A stretch of 20,000 bases of DNA from an uncultured virus (IMG/VR IMGVR_UViG_3300025674_000026) (Duplodnaviria; Heunggongvirae; Uroviricota; Caudoviricetes): the IMG/VR virus record IMGVR_UViG_3300025674_000026; one strand, given 5' to 3'. The notes below the pieces were generated by a model, which worked only from the letters and a program-made list of their open reading frames with translations, was not told the DNA's origin and ran no database searches. How positions within the stretch are numbered: position 1 is the stretch's first letter; the number at the start of each line of letters is the position of its first letter. This document shows positions 1 to 8,750 of the stretch, piece by piece. A program made the position numbers and the translations under genes.

Positions 1-36
1 TGTTTGTAATGAATTTGTTCGACCTCTAGAATAATT

Positions 37-984
37 ATGCGTGACGAATTTCTTTGGGTAGAAAAGTATCGACCCAAAACTATTGAAGATTGTATTCTCC
101 CTGACTCAACAAAGAAGACTTTCAAAGACTTCCTAGATAAAGGAGAGATTCCCAATCTCTTGCTCTCTGGTCCTCCTGGTATTGGTAAGACCACGGTAGC
201 AAAAGCTCTCTGTCATGAACTGGGAGTTGACTATTATGTAATTAACGGATCCGATGAAGGACGATTTCTTGACACGGTGCGGAATCAGGCAAAGAACTTT
301 GCTTCGACCGTCTCTCTTTCTGCGTCTGACGCAAAGCACAAAGTCATCATTATTGACGAGGCTGACAACACCACCCACGATGTACAACTCCTCCTACGGG
401 CGAATATTGAGACATTTTATAACAACTGTCGATTCATCTTCACCTGTAATTTCAAAAATCGTATCATCGAACCTCTCCACAGCCGATGTGCGGTGGTCGA
501 GTTTGGAATCAACGGAAAACAGAAACCTGCAATCGCCGCAAAGTTCTTCAAGCGTCTTGGGACAATTTTGGAGGCAGAGGGTGTTGAGGCAGATCCGAAA
601 GTACTTGCCGAACTAGTCAACAAACATTTCCCTGACTGGCGTCGTGTTCTCAATGAGTGTCAACGATACTCGGTGAGTGGGAAGATTGACTCTGGTATTC
701 TTGCAACCTTTTCTGATGTAAGTATTAATGATCTCATTAAGAACCTTAAGGCGAAACAGTTTCCTGAAGTACGTAAGTGGGTCGTCAATAATTTGGACAA
801 TGATCCTAGTGTACTTCTGCGTCGTCTTTACGATTCTCTTTTTGACTCCCTTGACGGTCCTAGCATTGCTGCTGCTGTCCTCATTATTGCTAAGTATCAG
901 TATCAGATCGCATTTGTGGCCGACCAGGAGATCAACCTCCTCGCGGCGTTGACTGAGATTATGGTAGAGTGTGAATTCAAATGA
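37..984 (+). CDS. gp44: Sliding clamp loader large subunit (T4 gp44 / RFC-like AAA+ ATPase)
   Basis: WVEKYRP N-terminal RFC box, Walker A GPPGIGKT, Walker B IIIDEAD, SRC motif (LHSRC); in replication cluster upstream of gp62/regA. Confidence 0.97.
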   Translation: MRDEFLWVEKYRPKTIEDCILPDSTKKTFKDFLDKGEIPNLLLSGPPGIGKTTVAKALCHELGVDYYVINGSDEGRFLDTVRNQAKNFASTVSLSASDAKHKVIIIDEADNTTHDVQLLLRANIETFYNNCRFIFTCNFKNRIIEPLHSRCAVVEFGINGKQKPAIAAKFFKRLGTILEAEGVEADPKVLAELVNKHFPDWRRVLNECQRYSVSGKIDSGILATFSDVSINDLIKNLKAKQFPEVRKWVVNNLDNDPSVLLRRLYDSLFDSLDGPSIAAAVLIIAKYQYQIAFVADQEINLLAALTEIMVECEFK

Positions 985-1172
985 TTAGTAAAGCCGAACT
1001 GATGCACCATCGCCTTCAGGCATGGATGCGTGAGAATCACTGTGATGATATCGAATACCTGGGATTCTATCCCGATAAACTGGGAGTTGATAACCACTGG
1101 TATCGTATCGCTGAACATGAAGTAACTGTTGATTGTATTGAAGACCTAGAACTTGTAGAAGAACATGATTGA
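981..1172 (+). CDS. Small hypothetical protein (63 aa)
   Basis: ATGA overlap with gp44 stop; overlaps next start; acidic protein with plausible phage composition. Confidence 0.8.
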   Translation: MISKAELMHHRLQAWMRENHCDDIEYLGFYPDKLGVDNHWYRIAEHEVTVDCIEDLELVEEHD

Positions 1173-1458
1173 AGTAAAACTGATCCGCATTACTAGTGGC
1201 GAAGAAGTCGTTGCTGAAGTTGTTTCCCAAAATGACAACACTATTACTGTAAAGAATCCTCTTGTAGTTATTCCACAGCCTCAGAATGTGGGATTTGCTC
1301 CATGGGCTACTGTAATTGATAAAGATAATCCTGAGGTCCCAGTATCTCGTATGCATGTGATCTATATGGTTGATGTTGACTCTAATGTTAAGAAGAAGTA
1401 TAATGAACTATTTGGTAGTAAGCTTATTACTCCAGATGAGAAAAAGTTGATCGTATGA
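1165..1458 (+). CDS. Hypothetical protein, probable Sm-like beta-barrel fold
   Basis: KLIRITSGEEVVAEV...KNP...PW pattern shared with ORFs at 4383 and 4684. Confidence 0.75.
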   Translation: MIEVKLIRITSGEEVVAEVVSQNDNTITVKNPLVVIPQPQNVGFAPWATVIDKDNPEVPVSRMHVIYMVDVDSNVKKKYNELFGSKLITPDEKKLIV

Positions 1459-1465
1459 TCTGATA

Positions 1466-2587
1466 ATGATACTCGAACCAAGTGACGCAATATATGCAGC
1501 AGACAAGTTCATCGATTATTTCTCAAACACGGGAAGGATCGATGAATATCTTCGCACGGTAAAATTAGATCGCATATCTCAACAACCCAAATCTATTCCT
1601 GGGTTTGGCCCTGAAGACGATCTCTTCAGCGACTTTGATATGCATCCAGAAGATATGGATATTCGTATCTTCACTGCAGGTGATAATAAAGGATTTAGTA
1701 ATGAATACTTTAATGAAAGACTGCAGATTACAATGTCTCATGCTTTTGAAACATCCATTCCAGGCAAGTCTCTGAAGTGGATTGTTCAAGAGATGAACAC
1801 CAATAAGACTATTGGATTCATTCGGTTTGGATCTCCAACTATTAATTCTAGACCTAGAAACGAATGGTTGGGTGCTACACCTGAACTGAGTAAGTTTAAT
1901 AGACATGCTATCATGGGATTCGTTATCGTTCCCACTCAACCATTTGGATTTAATTATCTTGGTGGTAAGTTGTTAGCACTACTCTGTTGTTCACATACAG
2001 CTAGAGAACAGTTAAATAGAAAATATAATGCAGACATTTGTCTCTTTGAGACTACCTCTCTGTACGGGTCTACAAAGTCCTCCTCTCAGTATGATGGACT
2101 CAAACCCTACATGAGGTACAAGGGACTTACTGACAGCGATTTTACACCGCTTCTGCATGATAATATTTTCCACGATTTAAACCGATGGTTCATAGCAAGG
2201 AACAACGACAAGACTCTAGTCAAGGAAGACGCATCGAGTCGCAAGTTGAAGACCCAACAAAAGATGATTTCAATCATCAAGAAAAGCTTACCTTCTCAAA
2301 AGGTTGCGGAGTTCCAGACTGCGATTGCAAGTGCAAAAAATCTGACTGAGCAAAAAAGATTTTATATGTCAACCTACGGATTCTCAAATTCTAGAGAAGT
2401 GATCCTGGGAAAGGAAGAAGTTCTTAAGAAGGCAGACAACTACGATAGGTTTGAAGTTGAATCCATCATTGAATGGTGGAAAAAGAAAGCTTCAAAACGA
2501 TACGAAAGTCTACGGTCTGATTCTAGACTTCGTACCAAGTTAGAGACTTGGAACACTAACCCAGATGAAATTGACATTATTAGATGA
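1466..2587 (+). CDS. DUF4338 / Druantia DruA-like protein
   Basis: Motifs IGFIRFGSP, R-N-x-WLG, PFGFNYLGGKLLA, TTSLYG, SQYDGL resemble the DUF4338 family as I recall it; ORF certain, family call from memory. Confidence 0.65.
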   Translation: MILEPSDAIYAADKFIDYFSNTGRIDEYLRTVKLDRISQQPKSIPGFGPEDDLFSDFDMHPEDMDIRIFTAGDNKGFSNEYFNERLQITMSHAFETSIPGKSLKWIVQEMNTNKTIGFIRFGSPTINSRPRNEWLGATPELSKFNRHAIMGFVIVPTQPFGFNYLGGKLLALLCCSHTAREQLNRKYNADICLFETTSLYGSTKSSSQYDGLKPYMRYKGLTDSDFTPLLHDNIFHDLNRWFIARNNDKTLVKEDASSRKLKTQQKMISIIKKSLPSQKVAEFQTAIASAKNLTEQKRFYMSTYGFSNSREVILGKEEVLKKADNYDRFEVESIIEWWKKKASKRYESLRSDSRLRTKLETWNTNPDEIDIIR

Positions 2588-2967
2588 AAGTTGAACTTAA
2601 AGATTGGCTCAATTCCATTAACATGACTAAGGAAAACCTTCTCAATGAAAGAGCAGAAGAGAAGGAATATCCTGCTTTTATTATTAACAAATGCATGTCT
2701 GGTCAAGTAGATACAGTTTTGTTTGCTAATCAAATGAATCTGGATCATCAACTTCCCAGTAAACTCCAATATGATTTTTATCTAAATAGCATTAGGAAAA
2801 GGAAGAGATTCTCTCCCTGGCTCCGTAAAGAAAAAATCAAAGATCTTGATGCAGTTAAATCTTACTATGGTTATAGTAATGAGAAAGCTATGCAGGCTTT
2901 GAAGATTCTAAATAAAGAACAAATCGATCACATTAATAAGCGACTTGATGTTGGAGGTACAAAATGA
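2584..2967 (+). CDS. gp62: Sliding clamp loader small subunit (T4 gp62)
   Basis: YPAFIINKCMS, ANQMN, QYDFYLNSIRKRKRFSPW, VKSYYGYS; position between gp44 and regA. Confidence 0.93.
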   Translation: MKVELKDWLNSINMTKENLLNERAEEKEYPAFIINKCMSGQVDTVLFANQMNLDHQLPSKLQYDFYLNSIRKRKRFSPWLRKEKIKDLDAVKSYYGYSNEKAMQALKILNKEQIDHINKRLDVGGTK

Positions 2968-3398
2968 CTGCATTTGCGGAACCAGAAGTTAACTGGTCAC
3001 CTGATCAAATGATTGAAGTGACTCTCAATGAACCCGACGATTTTCTAAAGGTTCGTGAGACTCTGACTCGTATTGGAGTTGCTTCGAGAAAGGAAAAGAA
3101 GATTTATCAATCTTGCCATATCTTGCACAAACAAGGTAGGTATTATATTGTTCATTTTAAGGAACTGTTTGCTCTTGATGGTAAACATGCAAACCTAACT
3201 GTGAACGATGTTCAACGTAGGAACCGTATCATCAATCTTCTAAGCGATTGGGGATTAATCTCAGTTATCAAACCAGAAGGGATTACTGATGTTGCTCCTT
3301 TAAATCAAATTAAGGTTCTTTCTTATAAGGATAAAGGAGACTGGACTTTGGAAACCAAATATAATATTGGTAAAAAGAAGAAGGCGGAAACCGTATAA
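2964..3398 (+). CDS. regA: RegA translational repressor
   Basis: DDFLKVRETLTRIG, QSCHILHKQGRYYIVHFKELF, RRNRI..LL..WGL. Confidence 0.97.
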   Translation: MTAFAEPEVNWSPDQMIEVTLNEPDDFLKVRETLTRIGVASRKEKKIYQSCHILHKQGRYYIVHFKELFALDGKHANLTVNDVQRRNRIINLLSDWGLISVIKPEGITDVAPLNQIKVLSYKDKGDWTLETKYNIGKKKKAETV

Positions 3399-3403
3399 TT
3401 CTT

Positions 3404-3428
3404 GGGGGGTTAACCACACCCCCTTTTT
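3404..3428 (+). terminator. Rho-independent terminator after regA
   Basis: GGGGGT-taaccac-ACCCCC stem followed by TTTTT. Confidence 0.8.
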
Positions 3429-3440
3429 AATGTCTGCTCT

Positions 3441-3507
3441 TATAATTATATACGGATGCCTTCGGGGTCCACAAAACACAAACTCGCTTTTAAAGGAGCT
3501 AAAATAA
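3441..3507 (+). promoter_or_regulatory. hsp20 promoter box and structured 5' UTR (UUCG hairpin plus SD-sequestering hairpin)
   Basis: TATAATTA at 3441-3448; GGATGCC-TTCG-GGGTCC hairpin at 3454-3470; CTCGCTT..AAGGAG pairing at 3483-3498 covering the SD. Confidence 0.55.
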
Positions 3508-3942
3508 ATGGGTAACCTTCAACGCTATGTAGCGTCTGATCTTGGTAAGCTTATGGACCAGATCAATCGTAACGCTATTGGAATGGACGGATACTTTGAT
3601 CGTCTATTCGATTTGCATGAAACAACGCAGAACTATCCTCCGTATAATCTAGTACAGGTAAGTAATGTAGAGTCTAGACTTGAAATTGCACTTGCTGGAT
3701 TTAAGAAGGATCAAGTTCATGTGTATACAGAATTTGGGAAACTGTTCATCGAAGGACAACGAGAAGATGGAGAATCCCAAAACACCTATGCCCATCGAGG
3801 CATTGCTCAAAGATCTTTCACTCGCAGTTGGACACTCTCTGATGATACTGAAGTGAGAAACGTAACCTTTGAGGATGGGCTATTGACGATTGAACTAGGT
3901 AAAGTAGTACCAGAACATCATGCTAGAAAAGACTGGTTCTAA
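3508..3942 (+). CDS. hsp20: Small heat shock protein (Hsp20/IbpA-like alpha-crystallin)
   Basis: NYPPYNL, LEIALAGF, HRGIAQRSFTRSWTL, FEDGLLTIEL; SD AAGGAG. Confidence 0.96.
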   Translation: MGNLQRYVASDLGKLMDQINRNAIGMDGYFDRLFDLHETTQNYPPYNLVQVSNVESRLEIALAGFKKDQVHVYTEFGKLFIEGQREDGESQNTYAHRGIAQRSFTRSWTLSDDTEVRNVTFEDGLLTIELGKVVPEHHARKDWF

Positions 3943-3971
3943 ATAATTAGGAATATCGTCGTCGCTGCGCC

Positions 3972-4011
3972 GAGGGGTAACTGGCAAAATCCAGTAACAC
4001 CCCTCTTTTTT
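3972..4011 (+). terminator. Rho-independent terminator after hsp20
   Basis: GAGGGGT-a-ACTGG-caaaat-CCAGT-aac-ACCCCTC two-part stem then TTTTTT. Confidence 0.8.
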
Positions 4012-4137
4012 ATGAGTAGAAATACGGATTTACAATCTCTTTGGGATCATGTATATTGCTGGCATGTTTTGGAGATAACCATGTAACAAAACCTCTATTT
4101 GTTATGAGTACACTGTACACTTTAATTCGGAGGTAGT

Positions 4138-4320
4138 ATGCACAATCTAATCTCGTATAATCAGTTAGATGAGTGGAGGCATTTTGAAGATACAATTGAT
4201 GATCTAGAAACTGAACTTGACTTAATTAACGATTATTATGAGTGTCTGATTGAATGTAGTGATGATCAGCCTACATGTAAACGAATTTGTAGGAGAATAC
4301 TGTCAGACGGTTATTGGTAA
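4138..4320 (+). CDS. Small acidic Cys-rich hypothetical protein (60 aa)
   Basis: Strong SD GGAGG; DYYECLIEC...CKRIC motif; flanked by terminators. Confidence 0.8.
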   Translation: MHNLISYNQLDEWRHFEDTIDDLETELDLINDYYECLIECSDDQPTCKRICRRILSDGYW

Positions 4321-4326
4321 AGCATT

Positions 4327-4351
4327 GGGGGGCTTGACGCCCCCTATTTTT
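4327..4351 (+). terminator. Rho-independent terminator with -35 box in its loop
   Basis: GGGGGC-ttgac-GCCCCC followed by TATTTTT. Confidence 0.75.
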
Positions 4352-4362
4352 ATTGGTATGAT
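4334..4362 (+). promoter_or_regulatory. Sigma70-type (early) promoter for the gp43 operon
   Basis: TTGACG (4334-4339), 17 bp spacer, TATGAT (4357-4362) with extended -10 TG. Confidence 0.7.
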
Positions 4363-4382
4363 GAAGTGTGCTCAAAAATATT

Positions 4383-4703
4383 ATGTCTGTCAAACTAGTT
4401 CTTTTAAAGTCTAACGAAGAAGTTATTGCCGACGTGCAAGAATTGGTGGATGAAAACGATAAAGTACTTTTTCTTGTACTCACTAATCCATTCACATGTA
4501 AGTTAGTTGAGGCACCAGAAATGCTTATGGAAGGTACTGAATCGTCGGAACCTAGATATAGTGTTCAGTTTTTCCCATGGATGCCACTGTCTAAAGACAA
4601 GAGGATCTCCATTGATCCATCATGGGCAGTTACTATTGTAGAACCAACTGAAATGGTCAAAGAATCTTATGAGGCTAGGATGAATGGAACAACAGGAAAT
4701 TAA
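4383..4703 (+). CDS. Hypothetical protein, Sm-like fold (start likely ATG 4383)
   Basis: KLVLLKSNEEVIADV..., NP, PWMPLSKD; ATG 4383 fits the promoter and paralogue alignment better than GTG 4368. Confidence 0.8.
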   Translation: MSVKLVLLKSNEEVIADVQELVDENDKVLFLVLTNPFTCKLVEAPEMLMEGTESSEPRYSVQFFPWMPLSKDKRISIDPSWAVTIVEPTEMVKESYEARMNGTTGN

Positions 4704-4977
4704 TGTACAGTGTATTATTCTGACTAACGATGAAGTTATCATCAGTCAGATTGAAGAAGTGATTGCAGAACTTGGTGAACCAAACTGTAGATTGACTTCT
4801 CCTTATAAGATTCTTGGACGACATGAAACGGATGCTCCAGTTGAGGAAAGATTTGTTCCATGGCTGGCTGATTTTACTGATGACCGTGTTATAATGTTGT
4901 CATCGGACAAGATCCTTACTCTTGTCGAACCACACAAAAAACTTGTTGACTACTACTTGAAACTTGCCACAACATGA
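4684..4977 (+). CDS. Hypothetical protein, Sm-like fold
   Basis: IILTNDEVIISQI..., PWL, ILTLVEP; ATGA overlap with gp43. Confidence 0.8.
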   Translation: MEQQEINVQCIILTNDEVIISQIEEVIAELGEPNCRLTSPYKILGRHETDAPVEERFVPWLADFTDDRVIMLSSDKILTLVEPHKKLVDYYLKLATT

Positions 4978-7478
4978 GGTTTTACACCAACGTCTTTCAG
5001 ATTGGAAACGATATCCTTGTGAGGGGATATGAAAATGGAAGACACTTTAGTAATAGGGAAGAGTTCTATCCCACTTTCTATGTTCCCAGTAAAAGTAAAA
5101 AGTCAGGATGGAAGACTCTTGATGGCATTGATGTAGAACCCGTAAACCCTGGTACAATCCGAGATTGTAGAGAATTCCTGGACAAGTATTCCTCTGTTCA
5201 GGGATTTTCTGTATTTGGGAATGAGAGGTATGTCCACCAGTATATCTCTGAAAAGTATCCTGAGGATGAAATTAAGTTTGATGCCAACCGCATTAAACTC
5301 TTCACGATTGACATTGAGGTTGCAGCCGAAAGCGGATTCCCCGATGTGTTTAACTGTGCAGAAGAGTTGCTTCTGATCACTATTCAGGATTACTCTACAA
5401 AACAAGTTATTACTTTTGGTTCTCGTCCGTATGCAAATACGGATCGTGATAACTTTAAGTACGTTAAGTGTGGTTCTGAAACTGAACTGATCATGACCTT
5501 CTTGGATTGGTGGCAATCCAATACTCCAGAAGTTATCACTGGTTGGAACTGTGAACTGTACGATATTCCATACCTTGTGGGTCGTGTGGAACGTCTTATG
5601 GGAGAAAAGACTGCTAAGAAGTTTTCTCCATGGGGTATCGTTCGTAAGAATGATATTGTTATTTCTGGTCGTAAGCAGATCTCATATGAACTTGCAGGTA
5701 TCTCTGTAATCGATTACCTTGACCTGTATAAGAAATCCCCTGCAACTCCTAACCAAGAGAGTTATCGACTGGATCACATCGCTAATGTAGAACTTGGTGC
5801 TCGTAAGTTGGATCACTCGGAGTACGATACTTTCCGAGAGTTCTACACTAAAGCGTGGGATAAGTTCGTTGACTATAACATCGTTGACGTGGAACTGGTT
5901 GACAAACTTGAGGATAAGCTTAAGTTGATTGACTTGTGCTTCACCCGTGCTTATGATGCTAAGGTGAACTTCAGTGACATCGCCTATCAGGTTCGTACCT
6001 GGGACGCTATCATTTATAATTATCTCAAGAAACAGAAGATTGTAATTCCACAAAAGGAAAGAAATCAGAAAGATGAGAAGTATGCTGGTGCTTACGTTAA
6101 AGAACCTAAGCCTGGAGTTTATGACTGGGTGGTCAGTTTTGACCTCAACTCCCTATACCCTCACCTCATTATGCAGTACAACATCTCGCCAGAGACGTTG
6201 CTGGAACAGAAGCATCCATCTGCAACCGTAGATAAACTTCTGAATCAGGAACTCACTTTTGAGATGTACAGTGATTACGCTGTGTGTGCAAACGGTGCGA
6301 TGTTCCGAAAGGATGTGAAGGGATTCTTGCCAGAACTGATGGAGAAGATGTACAACGAACGTGTCATCTTCAAGAAACGGATGCTCAAGGCAAAACAAGA
6401 GTATGAGAAAACCAAGAACCCAGATCTGATTAAAGAAATCGCAAGGTGTAACAATGTCCAGATGGCTAAGAAGATTGCACTCAACTCTGCTTATGGTGCA
6501 ATCGGTAATCAGTATTTCCGTTACTACAAACTGGCCAATGCGGAAGCGATTACGCTTTCTGGTCAAGTCTCTATCCGTTGGATTGAGAATAAGATAAACC
6601 AGAGGATGAACAAGATCCTCAAGACTGAAGGAGTTGATTATGTTATTGCTTCTGACACCGATTCCATTTATCTTCATATGGGTCCTTTGGTTGAAGCTGT
6701 ATACAAAGGAAGAGAGAAAACTACTGAAGGCATTGTTTCGTTCCTTAACAAGATCTGTGAAGTGGAACTTGAGCCGTATATTGACCGTTCTTACCAAGAA
6801 TTGGCCAACTACGTAAATGCTTATGACCAAAAGATGCAGATGAAGCGAGAGAATATCGCTGATCGTGGCATCTGGACTGCTAAGAAACGTTACATCCTGA
6901 ATGTCTGGGACAGTGAGGGTGTCCGATATAATGAACCCAAACTAAAGATCATGGGTATTGAGGCAATCAAAACTTCAACTCCTGCACCATGTCGTAAGTT
7001 TTTGAAAGATGCTTTCAAACTTCTGATGTCTGGTACGGAAGATGAGATGATTGATTACATTGAAGGTTGTCGTAAGGAGTTTTTCTCAATGCCTCCACAG
7101 GACATTGCTTTCCCCCGTAGTGTTTCTGATATCAATAAGTGGAAATCTTCTGCAGATATGTACAATAAAGGATGTCCAATTCACGTTCGTGGTGCCATTC
7201 TCTATAATTATTGGACCAAACAAAAACAACTAGATAATAAGTACCAAGCAATTCAAAGTGGGGAGAAGATCAAGTTCTGTTACTTGAAAACTCCCAATCC
7301 AATCAGGGAAAATGTGATGTCTTTCATCCAAGACTTTCCAAAAGAACTTGGACTGGACAAGTATATTGATTATGATTTGCAGTTCAACAAATCATTCATT
7401 GAACCTATTAGGGTTATTCTTGATTGTATTGGATGGGAAATTGAGCGTAAGAACACTTTGGAGTCTTTCTTTGTATGA
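4974..7478 (+). CDS. gp43: Family B DNA polymerase (T4 gp43)
   Basis: Exo motifs DIE, GWN..YD, YN..D; polymerase motifs DLNSLYP, KIALNSAYG, SDTDS, KKRY; uninterrupted. Confidence 0.98.
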   Translation: MRFYTNVFQIGNDILVRGYENGRHFSNREEFYPTFYVPSKSKKSGWKTLDGIDVEPVNPGTIRDCREFLDKYSSVQGFSVFGNERYVHQYISEKYPEDEIKFDANRIKLFTIDIEVAAESGFPDVFNCAEELLLITIQDYSTKQVITFGSRPYANTDRDNFKYVKCGSETELIMTFLDWWQSNTPEVITGWNCELYDIPYLVGRVERLMGEKTAKKFSPWGIVRKNDIVISGRKQISYELAGISVIDYLDLYKKSPATPNQESYRLDHIANVELGARKLDHSEYDTFREFYTKAWDKFVDYNIVDVELVDKLEDKLKLIDLCFTRAYDAKVNFSDIAYQVRTWDAIIYNYLKKQKIVIPQKERNQKDEKYAGAYVKEPKPGVYDWVVSFDLNSLYPHLIMQYNISPETLLEQKHPSATVDKLLNQELTFEMYSDYAVCANGAMFRKDVKGFLPELMEKMYNERVIFKKRMLKAKQEYEKTKNPDLIKEIARCNNVQMAKKIALNSAYGAIGNQYFRYYKLANAEAITLSGQVSIRWIENKINQRMNKILKTEGVDYVIASDTDSIYLHMGPLVEAVYKGREKTTEGIVSFLNKICEVELEPYIDRSYQELANYVNAYDQKMQMKRENIADRGIWTAKKRYILNVWDSEGVRYNEPKLKIMGIEAIKTSTPAPCRKFLKDAFKLLMSGTEDEMIDYIEGCRKEFFSMPPQDIAFPRSVSDINKWKSSADMYNKGCPIHVRGAILYNYWTKQKQLDNKYQAIQSGEKIKFCYLKTPNPIRENVMSFIQDFPKELGLDKYIDYDLQFNKSFIEPIRVILDCIGWEIERKNTLESFFV

Positions 7479-7636
7479 TTAGGTATTGTGTTTCTTGGTC
7501 TGATAATGGTTTCTTTCGTGAAGATGATGTGAAAATCTTTGAAGATTATGAGACCGCTAGGTGGTTTCTTAAAGACGTAAAGACAAAGGGGTATGCTTAT
7601 GTTAGAATGTATGAAGCGGAGGTAGATTATCGATGA
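7475..7636 (+). CDS. Small hypothetical protein (53 aa, not in ORF track)
   Basis: Hand-translated MIRYCVSWSDNGFFREDDVKIFEDYETARWFLKDVKTKGYAYVRMYEAEVDYR; ATGA overlaps at both ends fill the gap exactly. Confidence 0.75.
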   Translation: MIRYCVSWSDNGFFREDDVKIFEDYETARWFLKDVKTKGYAYVRMYEAEVDYR

Positions 7637-8091
7637 AAAGAATCATTACATTGGTCACTGGCGGTTTCGATCCCATTCACAGTGGCCATATTGCATACTT
7701 CAAAAAAGCCAGAGACCTAACAAACTACCTTGTCGTTGGTTTGAATACTAACGAGTGGTTGAAGGATAAGAAGGGACAGTATTTCCAAGACTGGAAAGAA
7801 CGTGCTGAGATCATTCGCCATTTGCAAATGGTGGATGCAGTTATTACAGTTCCCTATGATGAGAAGGGATCTGCTTGCGGAGCTATTGAGTCCTGTCTAG
7901 AAATCGCACAGACTGTAGTCTTTGCTAACGGTGGAGATAGAGGTAAAGACAATACTCCAGAGGTCGATATGTATGGAGATAATCCTAGAGTTGAGTTTGA
8001 ATATGGTATTGGTGGCACCGATAAATTGAACAGCAGCTCTTGGTTACTCCACGATTACTTTAATAGACAGAGAAAAATTCTTGGCATATGA
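7633..8091 (+). CDS. Cytidylyltransferase-like (HxGH) nucleotidyltransferase, TagD/RfaE/RibL-like
   Basis: GGFDPIHSGH, LVVGLN, ERAEII, NGGDR, NSSS. Confidence 0.88.
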   Translation: MKRIITLVTGGFDPIHSGHIAYFKKARDLTNYLVVGLNTNEWLKDKKGQYFQDWKERAEIIRHLQMVDAVITVPYDEKGSACGAIESCLEIAQTVVFANGGDRGKDNTPEVDMYGDNPRVEFEYGIGGTDKLNSSSWLLHDYFNRQRKILGI

Positions 8092-8750
8092 GTGATCTTG
8101 ATTTAGTTTGGGAACCTTTAGAACTTCCCAATATTGAGTTATATCAAACTAAACTTTCCGAAGATGTTATGGAGTATCTTTGGAAGAGAATTGAAATAGC
8201 AAAGGAAGTGAACATTGACTGGAGAGATAGACTCGCTGGTCAAATTTCTTGCAGCTTACATCTGCAGGATAAAGATGATTATTTCATGGATACGGTTTTA
8301 TTTCCTATCGCTAAACATATGATTGATGGCCATCGAGCAGCGTTTGGTCCGCAATTTCATCATAGTTTTGATGAGGAAAAATTTCAAATCAGAACAGACA
8401 TGACCTGGTGGGTAAACTTCCAAAAACAATTGGAGTTTAATCCACAACACATTCACTCTGGTATTTTATCATTCGTTATCTGGATGAAGATTCCTACTGA
8501 CTGGAGAGAACAACATGAACTTCCTTTCTGTCAAGGCACTGGTGGTCCTGCTGCATCCGATTTTCAGTTTCTCTATACTGATATCATAGGTAATCATCAG
8601 GATTATACTATTAATATGGATAAAAGTAAGGAAGGAACTATGGTTGTTTTCCCTGCAAAGTTGGGACATGCAGTATTTCCTTTCTATAATTGCGATGAAG
8701 AACGTATCTCCATTGCAGGAAATGTACTTTGGAATGTTGTGCCACGATGA
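8088..8750 (+). CDS. Putative 2OG-Fe(II) oxygenase (HxH type)
   Basis: WWVN, NPQHIHSG, VFPA.L.H.V.P, RISIAGN. Confidence 0.8.
   Translation: MSDLDLVWEPLELPNIELYQTKLSEDVMEYLWKRIEIAKEVNIDWRDRLAGQISCSLHLQDKDDYFMDTVLFPIAKHMIDGHRAAFGPQFHHSFDEEKFQIRTDMTWWVNFQKQLEFNPQHIHSGILSFVIWMKIPTDWREQHELPFCQGTGGPAASDFQFLYTDIIGNHQDYTINMDKSKEGTMVVFPAKLGHAVFPFYNCDEERISIAGNVLWNVVPR

Noticed and set aside
1..34. Possible 3' end of an upstream gene (...VCNEFVRPLE stop)
   Set aside because: Too short to identify; not recognisably gp45
4012..4086. 24-codon ORF MSRNTDLQSLWDHVYCWHVLEITM
   Set aside because: Starts directly after a terminator U-tract, has no SD and is too short to support
4974..7478. Intein, intron or split in gp43; ASDTDS instead of YGDTDS
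   Set aside because: ORF is continuous and of normal length with motifs in order; catalytic DTDS is intact and the variant is not unusual for this group
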